Assembly: GCA_003614675.1 (NCBI GenBank)
Contig: ML002399.1
Span: 1 to 33,923, forward strand
Length of the DNA stretch: 33,923 nt
DNA from: Dimargaris cristalligena
Lineage: Eukaryota
Reading direction: 5' to 3'
The number at the start of each line of letters is the position of its first letter. Within the stretch, counting starts at the first letter, position 1. This document shows, in pieces, positions 11,601 through 23,118 of this stretch. The notes beneath the pieces were generated by a model. The model saw only the letters and a program-made list of their open reading frames with translations, had not been told where the DNA came from and did not search any database. The position numbers were made by a program, and so were the translations under genes.

Positions 11601-14224
11601 TACATGGTTAGGTTAAATTTCACGTATACAATAACCAAAATGTAACATTAAGCTAGAGAAAAAGAATTTTTGGATGCATGCCTCTAGTAAATAAGATATG
11701 ATCGACCGATCTAGTAAACATGGGATAGTAGCACCCTGTGTAAACAGGACGCGGAATGATTCGGCCCCGGAATTCCATTTAGTAGGTCGGCCGTTCATCA
11801 AAACGGAAACTGGGGGGTCGTGACCTTGGCCAAACAAAACTGCACAATCCAAGCCCCTCACCCACCCCACAATAATAAAAAAAACACCCAACTCCGCAAT
11901 TCCTAAATCGGCCACTTCCCAGCCATGGTCGAAACCTGTTGGAGCCGGGAGGCCAACGAGCCTACAAAAAGGCCACGGGAGGTTCGCCCGTTTATTCATG
12001 TTGGTGTCTTATATGGAGCGAGGGTGACCATTTCTGGATGGCATCCGGTGTGCTAAATCACGGGCCCGATATTTCATTCCGAATATAGCTTACTAGAACG
12101 TTTTGTGGATTTAATCACCCACATGTCTACTTAGGCTATGCCCTGTTGTTTGTTCATTTAAGGACCATAGACAACCATTTTTTCCCACTCGGATTCTCCT
12201 CTACATTTTCTAGAGCAAAATCAAATGATTGCTCTTAGAATCAATATTGGTTTTTAGTTATCGATGCCTCTGAATAGAATGATGTCATATTTTGGGGGGG
12301 GGAGTTTTAAAAAAATATGTGTAAAGGAATACCAACCCTCCACTGAACAAAGGGAAATCCATTGTCTATCCGGCTCGTGCAATCGCCAGTCGAATTTTAC
12401 AATGTAATACTGTCTTTATCGTATTGTCGTCGTCGTCAAGGTGGTTAGTCACTATAATACGGAATCAGAGTCCAGATGGGTAGGCTTCCTAAGAAAACCG
12501 CACCTGGAACGGTGTTGACCAGAACCTACTCAACAGGAAACAATAGAATTGGGGGTACCAACAATAAAGGTGCCCATAGCGCAGGTACTAGCCAGCGTTG
12601 GACATATAGAGGGTTGATGTGATACTCTAAGTCGGTAAAAGTAATGGAATAAACAGGTTGTATCCTGGAGGCAAGGTTCTATGCGGAGTCAACACTATAA
12701 AGTTTTCCTAGGAATAGAAATAATAGTGCCTGTTGACATCCATTGGCATCCATAAGGCCCTGATGGGAACTGGAGGTCTTTGGACCACCAGGGAAATGTA
12801 GGGGCAGAGTCCTTCAAGTACCGGCCAGGCCGAATAAAGTATTCTCGCGGTGCAAAGTCCCTCCAAAGCAAATGTGATATGGCATAATTCGACTGTGTAG
12901 GATACCACAAGGGCCAGGGCCTAATCTTAACTGTGCGGATTATCCTATGCCGCATTATATATGCAAGACCTATCGTGTCAAACTAATATATATTTTAAGA
13001 GAGTATTCGGTTCAAGTAGCTATGTATTGCCGCTTGTTTCCGGTATGATAGCGCCAGGTTTAGGGATACGGGTGTGGCCTGCAAACTCATTGTTGGGGTG
13101 GCTTGACATCAGCGTGCTTCGCTCCCAGTAGGAAAATGCCGGGGCTATGGCTAGATTGAACGAAGCAGGGTCGGGTGCGGATATGGTAGTGAGGAACACG
13201 GTCAAACAAACGGGATAAATACGAACATGTTGTATAAAGAAAAAGCACGTTGGGTACTACAGAAACTATTGGCTAAAAATGAATTGCCCAACCAGTTTTA
13301 CCATATATTATTTAAAATTCTACATCTAGGTCGAAATTCATCTATACCAATAAGTTGAGAAAATAAGATGCTTTTGGTGAACGCCAATTATTAATATGCT
13401 GGCTTTTTTTAAGGGGGGGATTTACACTATACAATGTAGTTTTAGTAAAGTTATAAACATAACATAGCTGCCCCGTCGAAAAAGGGTCTTGCCTAAAAGA
13501 AGGGCGCAAAACAGTCAATATTTTATTACCACCAATATTCATTTTATGGATCAAATAATTACATTTAGATGCCAAAACACACGCCTTATCAAAAATAATA
13601 ATCACTAAATTATTGGCCGACAGCTACTTTCCGAAGGCACGTATCCCCCTCCCCCCCCATTATTCGGCATAACTCGGCGTAAAAGTGACCGTTATCACCC
13701 TAAATAATCAATTATCATTGATTTTTCTTTTCGCACCGTGCATCTAATATACTAGTAGCCTAGCACCAGGGTATGGTCATGGGGCTCTTCACCTCACTAC
13801 AGCTGCGCCCCCTAATCTTTAAAATAATATGGTTAAACTATTGACCAACACAATGCCCATTAGACTTGGTTTCAGTGTAACCATTTTGAGGCTGTATGAA
13901 GGTAGTACTGTATCAGTTAGCTACCATTAATATATTGGCGAGGCCATCCGTATCAACTGCCGGTACTTCACCCTCTCCTCGTACCTATCAATTCGACACC
14001 GCTTCTTTAAGCTGTTATGATTTTAATGTCTAATCTATTACTCTCGAGCGTCGGGAAGAGGGGGAATACCTTAGATACCCTAACTGGTGCTACCTCATAC
14101 ATAAGTCTCCCTTTTGAAAGTTGACTAGTACAACGTTCGGATTTGTCATTAAATATGAATAGAACCTATTCTATACAGACCCTGACCATTCTCGAGTAAG
14201 GCCATTGATTATTATTTCTTTGGT

Positions 14225-14231
14225 TATATAA
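14225..14231 (+). promoter_or_regulatory. Candidate TATA box (TATATAA) of the secreted-protein gene
   Basis: TATATAA about 140 nt upstream of ATG 14370. Supported by position only. Confidence 0.35.
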
Positions 14232-14369
14232 CAACGTCCCATCCTCCACCATAAGGCTCTAAGTTAATATTCATTTGTACCGCACTCGTGTGCCTCTCCT
14301 GTGAACATCCAGTATCTTTGCAACCCAGTGTCAAAAACCATAAGCCCTCTGTCTATTGATTACTATATT

Positions 14370-15092
14370 ATGCATTTCCACCACCATATCTCACTTTTAT
14401 CAGCTGGGGCCGTCATGGTTGTCTCAGGTTTACCAGCCGATTTCAATCACCCCCGCCCTGAACATGACAGCTCCCTAAGGGGTGCGGGAGAAAACCAGGG
14501 CCGATTTCCTCCCTCCGTCGTGCCGTGGTTCAAAATGAATACGGACCAACAAATAGACTCCTGTCTCGTCGATTCCCTGGCCCTCACTACGGCCGATTCC
14601 GAAGTTTTTTACCGTTGTTGCGTGGGTTGTGATCTCCCGCCAACTATGCTAAGTCGATACAATTCCATACTGCCCCCTTTTACCGGCCCCGGCACGTACC
14701 CGCGCAACGTGAACCCAACGGACGTGAACCCCCTCACCACTTGCCAAGCGCGTCAGAAATTCATACAAGCGATTCACTTGCACAAGGAAACCTTGGGGTT
14801 CAGTCTGAAGGAGCAGGATATCAATACATTGGCCCAAAAATATGTGCGTCTAGGACCCCATCCTCTTGTAGCTGTTCCGACCGTTTCACCCACCGCATCA
14901 CGGTATCTAGCCATCATTTACCATGACCACGAAAAACATAAAGTTCAGAGTAGTGTTGTCTTTGATTATATGATGGGCGACTGTGCTGTATTTGAACAAC
15001 GCGTTGAGATAGCAAAAATGTACCAGCAGTATCAATTTGTTTTAGTGGACACTGCTAGGGGTCAACCCATTTCCACTTCGAATACTAATTGA
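14370..15092 (+). CDS. Hypothetical secreted protein, 240 aa, intronless
   Basis: The first in-frame ATG (14370) of the 263-codon ORF gives a signal-peptide-like start, MHFHHHISLLSAGAVMVVSG|LP. The mature part has 6 Cys. No family recognised. Confidence 0.68.
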   Translation: MHFHHHISLLSAGAVMVVSGLPADFNHPRPEHDSSLRGAGENQGRFPPSVVPWFKMNTDQQIDSCLVDSLALTTADSEVFYRCCVGCDLPPTMLSRYNSILPPFTGPGTYPRNVNPTDVNPLTTCQARQKFIQAIHLHKETLGFSLKEQDINTLAQKYVRLGPHPLVAVPTVSPTASRYLAIIYHDHEKHKVQSSVVFDYMMGDCAVFEQRVEIAKMYQQYQFVLVDTARGQPISTSNTN

Positions 15093-15985
15093 TGTCTTTT
15101 TGAATACCAAGTGCAGTCGACCCCAGCTCCTACAATCCGTATCACGTAAAGGTCTTCAGTGAAATGGGCGGTTTCCTCTGTTTTATATTGTATTTCTTAC
15201 CTGTGCGTTTTTTTTTTCAACGTTTTCATTTAAATTTCATACCCTTATCTAGATACCAAAAATGCGCTTCTCTTCTTCAGGCAGTGAAGCTTTGGTGTGA
15301 TTTCGCCCATATTGATATTAAACTCGAAATACATACATCTCCTTTTGATTTTTCAATCCAAAGGAAGACTCATACCCGTATACTTGAGGTCCAAGTGAAT
15401 ACTTAATTATCATGTTGTTGAGTTGTTTCAAAAAATTACATTATATTACGTAGGAATGGTAGTTAGATAGAGTCTTGGTTAAAAAATAAAGATGAAAAAT
15501 CGGGAGAGGACTCCCCTACAAAGGGGATATAGCTCATCCACTTTGCAACTTGGATTGGGGCCTTTGGGAACACTTGGTGGTAGCTTGGGCAGTTTAAAGA
15601 ATCAAAAAGGACTAGGGGACACGTAATAATACAAGGTTAAATAAAGCTGTACAGATAAAGCAAAACAACAGGTAAGACGAAAAGGGCTTGGTGCAGGAGA
15701 AAACCACCTGTCTAGTGGAGTGGATTAAAAGCTAGTGGACTGCAGTGTCGTTGGGCAAAGTAAGCGGGGTTTTTTGTGAATCATCCAACATACATTGAAC
15801 TGGTAACAAGGTTTAGGGAAGAGGGGCATTCGAAGTGTAAGGTACACTATAAAAAGAGGAGGGGGAAAACACCAAGTGAGAGGTAAAGGCCAGTATTTAG
15901 GCATAGTTAGGCCTTTGAGTTGGAGATGCCCAATTGACCCCATCGCAAACTAAATGAACGGTCCCCTAGACCAATATCTACCATC

Positions 15986-18463
15986 TCAGTTATAATTCTC
16001 CCAAAACGTGGTCAGAGCCGCCCTATTCTCTAGGAAGAAGTTGGGGAACACATCCTGCGAGATGAGTTTGCACACCTCCTCTTTAGCTTCGTCAAACACA
16101 TTGAAGTAAAACACCAGCGGGGAGGTGGAGCCATGTCGAGGAGCGCCGAAAATCCGATGGGTATGGCGGGTCGCATCCGCACTGACGTTTACTTCGTAGT
16201 GCGCGCCCGGGACGAGGTACTTATGATAAAAGTCGCAAAATACGCCAAAGAATTCGCGGGGTACAATAGGGTCCAACAGGGCCGTTTGGTTCCACTCTTC
16301 GTCACTAGCCAGGGAAACGGGTCGCCCTTGGGTCGCGAGCTGAGTCGGGCCTCCTCCTCCTCCTCCTCCAGTCGCACCGGCCGTACCATCCCCTCCTCCC
16401 TGGGGTGAGGAGCCCTTTTCGTCCCCGGACCACACATCTAAGTAGTCCGAGAGGTCCCACCGGTGTCCGTTTTCCTTGAGGAAATTGGCCAGTTCGATTT
16501 CGCGGCGGGCGTAATCGTCCGCGGATTCAATGGATATTTCGCAATGGGCGGGTTGATTCGACGAAGTCGTACCCCCGGTAGCCTCGGCTGAATCAGACGT
16601 GGGCGCAGGCTTGGGCTCCGACCTTGGTTCGGGCTCGTAGCAGGGAGCGATGGATGCGGTGCTAACGGGGGCAACTTTACGGTCGTAGTAAGCCTTCCAA
16701 ATAGCCGTTGGAATAGGCGGAATGCGGGGATTATTAATGACTTTAATGTACGACTCCAAGTTAGTCTGGGTCGATGTGGATAGGCGGTTGCGAACTGTTT
16801 CGTCCGAGTGTCCGGGGGTACGCTGGGCCGGTAGGCTCAACAATGAAAAAGGGGACGGGTCGAAATCCTTGCCCTTAGCGGACCGCGTTGGAGGATGCGG
16901 ATTATGGGCGGACCCCATAGGCAGCCGGGAGGCATTGAAGTCCGGGGGGGTCGTCTCCGGGAAACCCAGCGGCGGCAGAAAATCGTCCGTGTAATGGGTC
17001 AGAACAAACATGCTGAGACTCGAGACAGTGGAGGCTGGGGTAGGGCAGTCCTGGTACGGATTGGGGACTTCGCCTAGCACCGTACCTTTGAGCATTTGGT
17101 AGTCCGCCAGGAATAGCGGCAGTTCGGCGCAGAAGTTTTCCGCGCAGTACTGCTGGAGTTTGATGAACCAGACGGAGTCTTCGAGCACCAGGTGGAGGAT
17201 GTTTTTGTCGAGTTGGGAATATTCGGAGATACTGAAGGTCTCCTCCGTGGCGGCCGACCCTTGGCGAGTGTGTTTAGTAGCGGCCGTGGCCGGGTTAGGC
17301 GTGGTGGGAAACCGAAAGGACCTGGGGCTCATACGGATCATGGAGGACTCCACCGACCGAAGATTGTCAATGTCCAGGATAATGGGGTGAGTCTGGTTAG
17401 TCGCGGTTTGGGGATGGGTGTTCGCGACGGACCGCTGGAGGGCGCGCTGTAGGATATTGTTTTTGATGACAAAGTGGTCATGGTCGTCGTTTTGGTAGAG
17501 CTGGCAGCCATGTAACCGATATACGGTGCGTGATTTCCAAATGGGGAGGGCCACCGAGGAAATCTGAATGCAAATAAGGTGCAGAATGATAAAGAGGGGG
17601 GCTAGCATAGGATTCACTAGACCGGTGGGGAGCACCACCTTGAACAGGAAGAACGGAATGATAAAAATTACCCCGGTGATAAAGATGGTGACCAAGTCCT
17701 CACGGATACTGTAGACGTCGTTAAACAGCCGAAGATGGTAAATAAACAAGGGGCAGACCACAAAAATAAAGAGGAGGGAAAACCCCGCCAGGGGGTAGAT
17801 TTCCCAGCGGGCCAGGCAGTTGGTGGCCCAGGGGCTGGTGATGGAATCCGTCGAGAAGCGCTGGATAAGGCCCGTCACCACAATCCAACAGGCCAGGGCG
17901 CCGGCTAAGGTTTGCAGTAGGTGGCGGTCAACTCGGTGGGTATCCCGAGACAACCAGCGCCACAGAAAACGGGGGAATAACCGCGTATCCCGCGGGTAAA
18001 TGATATTAGAGGTCACGACAGCCGGGGCCCCCGTTTGGCTGCTACCACTGGGTTGCCGGACCAATTGGGCTGCAGGCGCAGATCGGGGGGGATGGCAGCA
18101 AGCAGGCCGTAGGCCCCGTGGCAGTTTCTGGTGGGCCACATGGCTCAGTACGTAGAGCCGCAGGCCCCGTAGAAAAATGGAAAAGAATACGGTAAAAATA
18201 CCTAGATAGAGGCTCCAAAATAAGGCGGCGCAAGGTAGAATATCGCCGGCTAGGTGTAGAAAGTAGGCGGTGCTCGTAATCCCCCCCGCCAGAGCGCTCG
18301 GGAGGAGGAGAGTCAGGGAACGCCGCCGGAGAAAACTGTTGGAGTGCGTTTGGCGGTGGTTGACAAAGGACCCCGTGGTAGTTATATAAAATAGGCCAAC
18401 GAAAATGGCGCAAGAGACCATGGCGGCCTTGAGTGCGGACGGCCAGAGGTCTGGCTCCTCCAT
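15986..18463 (-). CDS. 7TM-RGS protein (GprK/AtRGS1-like GPCR fold fused to a split RGS domain), 825 aa
   Basis: Seven hydrophobic segments in aa about 10-310, with Cys at the start of TM3 (LPC) and in the loop before TM5 (TNC), and a D-x-Y-x-IRE motif before TM6. RGS N-half LHLVLED...LQQYCAENFCAELPLFL; RGS C-half FYHKYL.PGAHYEVNVS...VFDEAKEEVCKLISQDVFPNF. Confidence 0.88.
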   Translation of the reverse strand: MEEPDLWPSALKAAMVSCAIFVGLFYITTTGSFVNHRQTHSNSFLRRRSLTLLLPSALAGGITSTAYFLHLAGDILPCAALFWSLYLGIFTVFFSIFLRGLRLYVLSHVAHQKLPRGLRPACCHPPRSAPAAQLVRQPSGSSQTGAPAVVTSNIIYPRDTRLFPRFLWRWLSRDTHRVDRHLLQTLAGALACWIVVTGLIQRFSTDSITSPWATNCLARWEIYPLAGFSLLFIFVVCPLFIYHLRLFNDVYSIREDLVTIFITGVIFIIPFFLFKVVLPTGLVNPMLAPLFIILHLICIQISSVALPIWKSRTVYRLHGCQLYQNDDHDHFVIKNNILQRALQRSVANTHPQTATNQTHPIILDIDNLRSVESSMIRMSPRSFRFPTTPNPATAATKHTRQGSAATEETFSISEYSQLDKNILHLVLEDSVWFIKLQQYCAENFCAELPLFLADYQMLKGTVLGEVPNPYQDCPTPASTVSSLSMFVLTHYTDDFLPPLGFPETTPPDFNASRLPMGSAHNPHPPTRSAKGKDFDPSPFSLLSLPAQRTPGHSDETVRNRLSTSTQTNLESYIKVINNPRIPPIPTAIWKAYYDRKVAPVSTASIAPCYEPEPRSEPKPAPTSDSAEATGGTTSSNQPAHCEISIESADDYARREIELANFLKENGHRWDLSDYLDVWSGDEKGSSPQGGGDGTAGATGGGGGGGPTQLATQGRPVSLASDEEWNQTALLDPIVPREFFGVFCDFYHKYLVPGAHYEVNVSADATRHTHRIFGAPRHGSTSPLVFYFNVFDEAKEEVCKLISQDVFPNFFLENRAALTTFWENYN

Positions 18464-21400
18464 ATAAAAATACTATAATGAAAGAAAAAAGAATATCGGG
18501 GGCGGACAGGCGGGGGTAGCCAACGACGCAAAGACGTTGTACCAATGGCGAGCTTCGGACGGATTGAATAATAAAGGATAAAAAAAATGGTATAGAAAAA
18601 TACAAATAGTCGGGGGATGCTTAAGGTATCAGATAATTAGAAATAATGAGAGTTGGGCTGTAGAAGCCGCGCGGGACCGTGGTACAGTCGTCACTCTATA
18701 ATAGCCGGGCGGTCGTTGACGATAAGACCCCCTGGATGTGTTGCCAGGGCTGTCAAACGCAATAGGATCAAACCATTGATAACCATCGATGATGATAGGA
18801 AAGGGACATTAGGGTAAATCGATGGCCCAAGGACAAAGGGAGGCTCTACCGCGGGGACTGAACCTAGAGTGACCTTAGTAATGGATAAGCAAAAAGGCAA
18901 TAAAAATAGAGGGCCTCCTGCCACTAGGCACTAAAGGATACGCTCGGGTTTATATATGAAGTGGGCCAGGATGGACTGCTCAATGAGGATGACTGTATAT
19001 GGGGATGGTCACGACTTAGGAAGGATAGGTGGAAATCAACCGAGAGGGAGAAAGAGGGAAACACTCATTCCATTCCGGATTGATTGACCGTGAATTTTAG
19101 GTAGAATGGTGTGTATGGAGTACTAAGGAGGGGGAAGATAGCTATACCACAGCCAGAGAGACCAGAACTACAAGCACAAAATAGTAATATAATTAAGGGG
19201 AGGGGTTGGCACAGCAAAGGGGCAAGGTATGCAATTGGTGCAATTGGGGCGGCTGCAGCGACAATGACTGGACATCAGCCTACATGAATAGCCGAGGTAA
19301 AGGAAATGACGGCGATGAAATCCGAAAAAGGGAGAGGGATAAGGCAGCGTTGAAGGTGCAATTAGGTCCAGCAGGAGATAGTTGATGTCTTTGGGACTAG
19401 AGTCTGGGAACCGAAAAACCAGTCGGTCTGCAGTTGAGGTATACTGAATAATATTAAATGACCTAATAGAACTTTTAACCAGGTGGTTTAATAACACAAA
19501 GGGGAAGTCGGATAATGGGGGGGTTTAAAAGGACAGTGGATAACAGCGGCCATTTCTATTCGGAGGCATAATCCCAGATCGGTGGGGCTCTTATTTACTG
19601 GAAGGGTGGCCCAAATGAAAGTTGTGTACAGACCAATAGAGTCTGCCAACCACGGGTTTAGTGAGGCAGTACAATAAAATACCCTTGGTGGACATCCCTT
19701 TTCCCCATACCTGGCCAATGTTGAGACGGAGAATGCGATGTTGATTCGCTACTCGACACGGCCAACGATTAAAGTGGGGTCTAAGTAGCTTCAACGGCCT
19801 CTAGGTGGGTGAATACACATACTAGCCGGGTAGATCCCCGGGAGTGACAGTGGCAGTTCTGGTTATGGGTTTCCTGGGGCGAATCCCCCCAAATTATAAA
19901 ACACTCTTCCATATAAGAGCGACGATCGCTAGCTAATGGCCTAGATATGATTGGAATTCCTCTAAAGGTGAACAGCCCTCATTTCAATCTATAGGCAGTA
20001 TAATTACATGTCTGAATGACCCAACTTGGGAAGGCAGTGTCAATATTGTGAGTGGTTGGCGAAAATAGTCGAGGGTGGTCATCAAAAATTTGGTGGCTTG
20101 CGGGGAAACCCATGGCTCTTTTCACGAGGTATCGATTTTAGTGAGTTAGTTATCAAACCGGAGGAGGATTGGCAAGATCAGGAAGGCAACCCTTTCTCGT
20201 TTAGACCCCTCTAATACCACCCTCTCTCTTCACTTACTAGAGATGGGTGAGTACAATGTCCAGAGCCATAAGGTTGCGAAGCCCAAAGGGAAGAACGGCG
20301 GAGCGATAGACAACCGCTCACCCCCTACACTAATAGCTACGGTGGCTGGTCCGTAGCAGCCGAGCCAGTTAGTCATCGGAACCAACCCTGCCACTCGACC
20401 ACCCCCTCCCCCCCCATTGCACAGCCATGGACCGGCTATTCATGGAAAAGGGGGGTTTATTCGAATAGGCAATGCCGGGGCCAACCGAACAAGTACCCGG
20501 CCACGCCATTAAATCCAGTGTACGTTTTTTTAGCTCGACCACCCACACCTCTGATGCACATATGGCGATGACCTAAGTTCCACTGTGCAACATGTCGTGT
20601 CGCGGGGGAGCGCCGCGACATGGCATCGATGGCGGAAGTAGGCTCTACACTCACCCAAGCAGTCCTGGTCATTGCGAGCATTACGGTGCATTGCTACAGT
20701 CCCGACGAGTGAGTTCCTGGTGTGTGGCGAAACCCTCTTCCCCCCCTTCCTCGTTTCCCTGTCTCGGGTTTAGCCTGACATGGGCTTCGCGCGTCAGAGT
20801 GGCATTGTACGGGAGTGAGGGGAGATCAATGAGACGTTTTTAACCCCTACCCTCCTTTGGTGCCTATCGGCAAAAACTAGATCCGGGGAATCGACAACTG
20901 GTTTATATTTCCCCGTAGCGATACAATGAGTCCGGTCTATCATTAAAGAATATTTACAACTTACTCACCCCCACGAGTGAGAGAATTCCTGCCCCTACCT
21001 ATTCACACACACCCCCCTTTCGTTTACTTACCAATGTGTGCTGAGATTGTAGTAAGGGGGGTTCTGCATATCCACCCCCTCTCCCTCCACATATCCGGTA
21101 TTTCAACTACTAAGGGGAGTTTCCAATCCCTTATGTATAACACGTTGCGATTAGAGGTGGATTCTCTGTACCCCAGGTCCCTGGGGCTTCGCTGATTTGA
21201 TACCAACCTCTCCTTACCTCTATCAATACCACACCAGCTCATGGCCCATTATTTACTGAACCTTTCTTACCAGGATAATATGGGGTTGCCTCATCTATCT
21301 CCCAAAATGACTGTCACACGGACTTACCAACAAATCCCAACGGGTAGATGAACGGGCTTCGTCGATCATCTCGAAAGCAAGACCTCACACCGCAGCGATG

Positions 21401-22727
21401 GGTATGGGATTCATGGATAGTCAAAGCTGGTCCAACCAGATTCCCTTTGGCATGTTGAAATCATTCCAAATGGAGCGCTATTTCGATGGCCGCTCCCCAC
21501 ATTAACTGACCGAGTAGAGTGAAGGCAAGTGTGCCGAACGAGAGCTGATGGAATAGCAACAACAGCCCAATGATAACCACTGGGCGCTTAATATAGGCTT
21601 GGCCAATTTCCCAGTACTTAATCAGCCAATCATGTAAATATAATAAAACCAATAGCAGTAGTATTTGAGAGGCGAACGAAGGAGTCGCTAAAACCTGGCT
21701 CCGGATGATTAACTTAGACAGTGTAAACGGAGATTGACAATCTGGTAAGTTGTCACAGAGTTCAGTCAAGCAGGTTGACAGTGTAGCTATACCACTGGTG
21801 TATATCAACCCAAAAGGATTTGACAGTAATTGTAATTCCCGGTATTTTATAGCCTCCCCACAATACCTGTTTTAAATATCAAACCAAATGCCATTAATTA
21901 ACATTGCGATAATTACGTAAACCCAATTAAGTTGATCAGCTATAATCTATGTACATTCCTGTTTTTTTTTTCAGTATTAACAATTGCATAAGGAGTGTAG
22001 TTAATGTATAAATAACAGAACATATGGAGAAGAGTTCGGATTGAAGCTATGCCAAATGGTTTACGTATGTGCATGAACGAAAAGATGAGGCTTTGGTTGA
22101 CCACAAATCCCTGTGGTCAATCAGTAAATTCAGTAGCCACAGAGATTCACCGCTGGGAAGATGGAATTTGCGGCAACATTCTGATCTCAGTATATTATTT
22201 CCCCACCCCCCTGGTGACTTAGAAAGAACACCAAGGTACTATATATAGTGGAGGGCACAAGTGGCGCATCCTGGTCAGGACTGGGCCAAAAAGCTATGGC
22301 CCGACTGTATTGACGTGTCACTTCAAAGATGGCTCTAGGCAGATGGATTGCCGCAAAGTCCAAGCCATCGCCCCCAAGGGGGTAATCATAATAATCGGGA
22401 TTGATGGCCAATGGACAGCCAGGGAGTTCACCATCTAACCGTAATGATAGAAGAGCCGATGTAACAGCAGGTTTGTTTCAAATATTCATTACTCGCTGTA
22501 TAACTGGATGAATCCACTCTAGCCCCAGGCTTAACAATCTTCAACAGGCCTGTCCGAGCTGAACCCCCCAGTCCTCCCTTCCAGCCCAATGGAACTTCTA
22601 GAACATAGCGCACATGGCTGTCCCGATATGAGGGAGAACAAGTACGTTTGGGGCACATTCATTTACAAAATCAATCAATACACTGGGTGTACTAGAAAAG
22701 AGTGGGTCTAGGAATGGAAATTTGAAT

Positions 22728-22774
22728 GTATATATGTATGTATATATAAGCACACATGAGTATATATATATATA
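22728..22774. repeat. Interrupted TA/TATG microsatellite in the TPS2 3' region
   Basis: TATATATGTATGTATATATA followed by (TA)7 at 22761-22774. It resembles fungal 3'-end efficiency elements. Confidence 0.6.
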
Positions 22775-23118
22775 GAGGGAAGAGAGAAAGGAGGTAATGC
22801 GTGTCGAAGTTTGTATGTGTATTTGAGTGGGGGGGGGTTGGAAGTTTCCATTAACCGAAAAACGTAAAAGAAAAAGAAAGCCGCTAACTAGACACCGAAA
22901 AAAGGCCGAACGTACAGACAAAATGCATGGTTGGTACTCAAATATTAAAACTTAGACGGTCGTACCGAAGGGCAATGTAACTTAGGCAGGGGAAGAGGCA
23001 GCGGAGGAGGGGGAGTATCGTATCCTAATAGGCGTAACTAAATGTGGTATCTCTTTACAAATCGGTCCTCCGGCCTCTCATATCCGCATTTCATCATAGT
23101 CGCCCGGGTTGGTTGTTT

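Noticed and set aside
14301..14369. GTG-initiated extension of the secreted ORF
   Set aside because: Eukaryotic locus; the first ATG at 14370 places the signal peptide at the N-terminus.
16133..18605. Alternative-frame and antisense ORFs over the 7TM-RGS gene, including the 187-aa ORF 18042..18605
   Set aside because: Shadow ORFs of GC-rich coding sequence.
21461..22658. Hydrophobic 115-aa ORF and neighbouring short minus-strand ORFs
   Set aside because: Mostly non-ATG starts, no consistent splice model and no recognisable homology. A decayed gene cannot be excluded but is unsupported.
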